A stretch of DNA of 52,805 nucleotides from Catajapyx aquilonaris (Eukaryota): positions 62,001 through 114,805 of the forward strand of contig JYFJ02000695.1 of NCBI GenBank assembly GCA_000934665.2, in the 5' to 3' direction. The notes below the pieces were generated by a model. The model worked only from the letters and a program-made list of their open reading frames with translations. It was not told the origin of the DNA and did no database searches. Of this stretch, positions 47,813 through 52,805 are shown piece after piece. Every line of letters starts with the position of its first letter. Positions within the stretch are counted from its first letter, which is position 1. Both the position numbers and the translations under genes were made by a program.

Positions 47813-48489
47813 TTAGTCATCTAGTCACATTGGCAGTCAAAAAGAAGTAGAAAAACACCTCCCATGAAATGGCCCCCTCATTATGTGTCACATCAAGCTC
47901 TTGGTCACATCCCAGACTTAATTGTAACAAATCCAGCATCCAATGCATTGAAACCATTGAGTTCATTAGCCAGCAAATAAACTGAGGGAATAAACCACAA
48001 CAAAAATCATGACTGGCACCATGCATTCGCATGCTCCCAATGATCAAGTAAAGAACCCAACTCACTAGTCCAACCATTATTTTCTTTTCACTAGGATTAC
48101 CTCGGACAAATCAATCGTCCTTGGCTCGCTGCAGGTGACGGTGCCGACCCCATATTAGATCCCAGCTCAGCTGAACGTACAAAGGGCCAAAAATGCGGAA
48201 CTGGGAAGCCGTCAGAGCTGGAGCAGTGCTGTAGAAGAGAATCTTGAGTCAACAACGAGAACGAGTCAACAACAGAAACCAGAAACATGGCGGATGGCGG
48301 GAAATGGCTGAACAGCAGGGGAGACAACAGCAACCGCAGAAAACCTGCCTACGATATGGAATTTTATAAACAATTCACTCATCGTACTTGATATTCCTTG
48401 TATAATAATTATGAATATTATAAAAACTATTACAATAATTGATTCACCTGTGAGTTGGCACCCTTGTCCTTGTTGGAACGGAATCCAAG

Positions 48490-48587
48490 ATGTCGTACCT
48501 GCAGACGGAACTCATTTCCCACACTCGGAAAGTCTGCAGCCTCTACAAGCGGTACCTGCGAAACCTCGAGGCTTACTACGACAGGAG
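48490..48587 (+). CDS. NDUFB9: NADH dehydrogenase (ubiquinone) 1 beta subcomplex subunit 9 (B22/LYRM3), first coding exon only
   Basis: ATG at 48490 gives MSYLQTELISHTRKVCSLYKRYLRNLEAYYDR(R), followed by donor AG|GTAAGC at 48587/48588. This matches the NDUFB9 N-terminus (SH.RKVCSLYKR.LRNLE..YDRR, with the LYK form of the LYR motif). No exon 2 was found in the window. Confidence 0.85.
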
Positions 48588-49718
48588 GTAAGCTGGGTCA
48601 TGCCTGCCAGCTGGTCAGGGCCGAAAAGATGAAGTTCTGCGGTTGGGGAGGGCGAGCAAGGACGAGAAAAGATCAAAATCGAAACCTACTCTGGGTCAGA
48701 GGCGCTTGTATGGCGCCACGTTTGAACGGCCCAGCACAGAGAAGACTTTTCTGAATTGTGGAATGCTGCAGTTTTTTTCTTACACCAGTGCAAGAGGTAA
48801 CGTGAAAAGCACAGTACGACGACATACATTCCCTGTGAGCCATGAATTTGAGGCAAGTGGAGAGGCTGCTTTATTATGCAGATGTCAACCATGTAATTAT
48901 TCATATTGATTGGTTGCTGGCTAGTTGGAATAGCTGAGGAAATCAAGCCAATGAGGGAGGAAGTAAGGAATCATGGGATGCTACCAGGGAATCATGTTAG
49001 AAGGCCTACTAAGCAAACAGAAACCTATATGGAATTCTTGTTCAAATTATTGTTCAACACAGCTGCAGCCTGTATGAATAATTGCTGCCTTGCATGGGAT
49101 CTGTGATTTTTTTTTAATGCTGTGCTTTTGCAAGTTATTATGGGCATAATACTTTGTGCTGAAGAATACACTTAACAGTGGTACTGAACACATAACTATT
49201 GGGAAATATAAGAACATAATCATGTTTCATCCTTTTATTATGGAGAAGGTAAAGAGCAAGAGAGGTGTGGGGAGCATTCACAATAATTCGTCTTCAATAT
49301 TATAAATATGTTTAAAAAGAAAGTAAGTTGATTACACCACAGTTACTTGGCTCTATTTGAAATATGATTAGAAAGGTTTGGAATGGCTGCAAAGGTAATA
49401 AATAATATGTGTGCAAGTACATTCTGCTGAATACAGTGCAACTTTTAGTTGCACTTGATGCATTAAACTGAAAGTAGGAATGTTTTGATGTATTGACTTA
49501 CAATTTTGGGACATAGTTTGTAGGTCAAGACAACCTGGAATTAGAAAAATTATTCTCCAAAGTTTTGCAAAGTGTTGATAAGGGGAGAGACAGGTTTTTA
49601 TGCACATTTTTTACACCGTGAAGTTTTTAACTGGACTGTTAGGTTCATCATTGTATGCCACTAGTATAAATAAGTGGTATGAATTTTGGTTGAGACATTA
49701 TTTTCTTTTGAAGTGTCT

Positions 49719-51118
49719 TTATTGCCAACCCCCACCACTACTAGAACCTCCACCACTGCTAGAACTTCCTCCACTGCTGGATCCTCCTCCACCACTTCCT
49801 GATCCTCCTCCTCCTCCTCCTCCCTTCTTCTTTCCTCCTTTGCCACCGCCCTTTTTCTTCTTCTTACCACCGCCCTTCTTCTTCTTCTTTTTACCTCCTC
49901 CTCCTCCCCCCTTTTTGCAGCCACCACCCTTCTTCTTCTTCTTCTTCTTTTTCTTTTTCTTGCCTCCTCCGCCACTACTGTCTTCATCCTCCCACCCACC
50001 GCCAGATGATGACCCTCCACTGCTGCTTCCACTACTACTGCTTGATGGCTTCCACACCATCCATGTCCCTCCGCCTCCACCACCTCCACCTTTCATCATC
50101 CACCCATTGCCTCCCCCGTTCATCCATCCACCTCCTCCACCCCCTCCTTTCATCCATCCAATTCCTCCTCCTCCTTGAACCCATCCACCACCTCCTTTTC
50201 CACCTCCACCTCCTTTTCCACCTCCACCCTTCATCCACCCTCCTCCTCCGCCACTGTTGCCACCATTCATCCATCCTCCTCCACTATTTCCACCCCCATT
50301 CATCCAACCGCCACCTCCCCCACTGTTACCACCACCTTTCATCCATCCACCGCCTCCATGTCCTCCACCGCCTCCATGTCCTCCACCGCCTCCATGTCCT
50401 CCTCCGCCACCATGTCCTCCTCCGCCACCATGCCCTCCTCCACCTTTCATCATCCATCCTGAACTGCCTCCGCTGCTGCCACCCATGGGTTTCATCCATG
50501 CACCACCACCACCACCACTATTCCCACCTCCTCCCCCACCTTTCCATCCTCCCCCGCTGCTACCACCTGAAATTTAAAAGTTTGTTTTATCTGCTGTAGT
50601 GAATCCCTCTTTAAAAAGTCACATTTTACCTTGACAGTATTAAAGGGAATGATAAAAGGATGCACTGTCAACCTCCCTTCTTTCCTTTCGATATCATATA
50701 GGGGATTATAAGCACACATGCTACTTTGTGACTGTAATATTTGACCCATCTATGGGGAATGCCACTGATTATTTTGCTAGGTATCTGCTATGATTATAGA
50801 CTGACCTCCTCCTCCATTCATCCAGCTGCTGCCACCTCCACTGTTCCCCCCTCCCTTTCCTTTCATGGGTCGTCCGCCCTTCTTCTTCCCTCCCCCTCCA
50901 CCACCAAGTGACCACATGTTTCGCATGGAGTTCCTAAGGCGTTTCATCATTTTGGAGATTTTGGCACCTCCCAGCATACGTTCAGAGAGGTTGCTTATGC
51001 TGCTATTGCCAGGGATGGTTGGAGCCTGGGTTGTGGGTGGTTGTTGTGTTGATTCTGCCATCAAACATATGACAAACCACACCAGCAATATGTGCCCCAC
51101 AATTAGTTTGGGCAGCAT
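49719..51118 (-). CDS. Secreted Gly-rich protein with Trp-Met repeats, His-Gly5 repeats and poly-Lys blocks, about 386 aa; function unknown
   Basis: Coding exons 51118-50806 and 50566-49719 total 1161 nt, joined by a phase-1 GT-AG intron with the frame continuous. A 5' UTR intron spans 51232-51131. The N-terminus MLPKLIVGHILLVWFVICLMAES looks like a signal peptide, the ATG context is CCACCATG, and AATAAA overlaps the stop. Confidence 0.8.
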
Positions 51119-51665
51119 GGTGGAATGCTTCTGGAAAAGGAGGAGACATTTAATGAAAGCGTGAAATTGATTGTATTGATGGAGGTTACCATACCATGTA
51201 TGAGTTATTGAGTAGTCAATACATAGACTCACCACCCGGGGGAATTCACAAAATGACCATAGCAACGACATTGCACTAGTGCACTTTGCACATCCCCTCC
51301 CAGTCACCCTGGCCTTGGAGCAGGGTGCTCATCATTAATGACGAACTGTACCTTGAGGCAAGTAAAGGTGCATGCAAAAACCTCTTCTGGGGTATGCACT
51401 ACACCCAATCATTATTATTATTAAATATTATTTATTATTACATGATTTTGCTCACTTCCGCGTTTGGTGAGTTAAGAATATTCGTAATTTAATATTGAAA
51501 CTTGATCACATATGGCCGTTGCGCCTACCTGGTGATAATACCAGTTGCGGGTTCCATGCGTACTACTTTTAGTCACCGTTATTGCCAATGGCTGGAATCG
51601 CTATGAGGGTATGAAACTAATTGCATAGCTGGTGTTACATGTGACTTAGAATATATTAGTTAAGC

Positions 51666-51855
51666 CAGTGGTTTCCAACCTTTTACCAACTGCGACCCCC
51701 TAAGCATGTTTTCATAAATGTGCGACACCCCCCCCCCCCNAGCCCCTTCTACAACTGCCCCATTTCCAGAAAACATACACTCTGTACGGCCGCAAAACAG
51801 AAATTGAAAAAAAAAAAAGTTGAACAAAGGTTCGCGCCCCCCCGCAACCCCTACG
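51666..51855. mobile_element. Truncated hAT-type MITE fragment
   Basis: Starts CAGTGGTTTCCAACCTTTT...GCGACCCCC, a typical hAT/Charlie-like terminus, and carries repeated GCGACCCC/GCGCCCCC subterminal motifs. The right TIR was not seen. Confidence 0.5.
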
Positions 51856-51909
51856 TTGCTCTAATTTGTATGTAGTTGTTAGGCCATCCAGCATTGCACC
51901 TCTTTTATA

Positions 51910-52235
51910 CAGTAAAATCCTGATTAGCCGACTCCTTGGTTTATCCGACTGTTCCGCTATGGCAATAAATCTGTTTCTCATGAAATACTATAATGTTCTA
52001 TGGATTTGTGTGTTTTGCTTGAGTTAAATTGTATAAATACAGTACAGTAGAGTGTGTAAAAGATCAATACTTCATTTTTTATAGAAAACTATATAATAAT
52101 ATTGTACCTTATTTCATGTTGTTATGTTTTTTTGTTGTGTTTCATGAAAGTTTTTTTTCTTTTTGGATTATCCGACCCTTTCTGTTATCCGACAATGCCC
52201 CAGTCCCGTGGGTGACGGATAATTGGGGTTCTGTC
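51910..52235. mobile_element. pogo/Tigger-like MITE, degenerate
   Basis: TA|CAGTAAAATCCTGATTAGCCG ... CGGATAATTGGGGTTCTG, with internal TTATCCGAC repeats. Confidence 0.55.
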
Positions 52236-52805
52236 CTTGTTTGTAGTGATGGTAATTCCAGTTATGTGCATGGTTATACCCTAATAGCAAACTTGAGTAA
52301 AAGTTACTTTAAAAAAGTAACTACAGTAGGAACAATGAACAAGTCAATTTATATGCCTTAAAAAGTAACTCCATAAAGTCAGTTACGGTACTGTTGAATA
52401 ACTTTCAAAACCCTGTTAGAGATATTCTGTAAATACTGTACAGTACGTACAATGGCTGCAGAGGTCATTCGAACTTACTGTATGCTATGAACAAAAAAAG
52501 ACAAAAACACGCTCCTGTGCAAAACCAATCAGTGCAAAAAGAGTGGGCTACCCTAAGAGTACTTTCCTATGCCTCAACAAAACGGGAATCCATCTAGACT
52601 TGATGATGATATGTATTACTCAGGACGCATTAGTGTGCCTTTTGAAATATGCTGACCATTCGAATCCCCCCCCCCAATCGTATCGCCGCGCCGTGGCCCG
52701 TGGTGTAGACAATCGTCTGGCCAGAGGAACACGGCTCTTCTATCCGGCCAATCACAGACGGGCGCCCCCCGCGCCACAGGAGAAGTGTGGCATGCCCTTG
52801 TACTT

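Noticed and set aside
35815..48400. Flotillin-2 host gene around the GMC pair, as in insects
   Set aside because: No flotillin-like exon was found on the minus strand by eye.
49600..50599. Plus-strand Pro-rich, His/Leu-rich and Ser/Thr-rich ORFs (49600-50178, 50006-50599, 50175-50462, 50257-50577)
   Set aside because: Antisense shadows of the Gly-rich gene. Splice sites, signal peptide, Kozak context and poly(A) signal all support the minus strand.
52244..52805. AGTTAC/GTAACT-rich stretch and B-box-like TTCGAATCC near the window end
   Set aside because: Suggestive of old hAT MITE or SINE debris, but termini, TSD and cloverleaf could not be established.

Overview
Eukaryotic, intron-containing genomic DNA. 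It is most likely a non-dipteran arthropod, inferred from gene and repeat content; the taxon cannot be fixed from this window. Positions 1-24.3 kb are largely non-coding and lie upstream of, or within a 5' intron of, a hindsight/pebbled (RREB1) C2H2 zinc-finger gene (5 coding exons, about 1639 aa, 20 fingers). This region carries two tRNA-Lys(TTT) genes and many Su(H)/CSL and E-box motifs. Downstream on the + strand are a 6-exon dysbindin gene, two tandem 4-exon GMC oxidoreductase (glucose dehydrogenase-like) paralogs, and the first coding exon of NDUFB9, which the ORF track misses. The dysbindin introns hold two 562-bp palindromic Tc1/mariner-type MITEs, one of them nested inside a TSD-flanked tRNA-derived SINE. 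A degenerate Tc1/mariner transposase relic and several small MITEs lie between the GMC pair and NDUFB9. On the - strand, apparently inside NDUFB9 intron 1, is a gene for a secreted protein of about 386 aa with Gly-rich Trp-Met repeats and poly-Lys blocks; this is the most unusual coding feature. All gene models were built by hand from splice signals and frame continuity; no searches were run.
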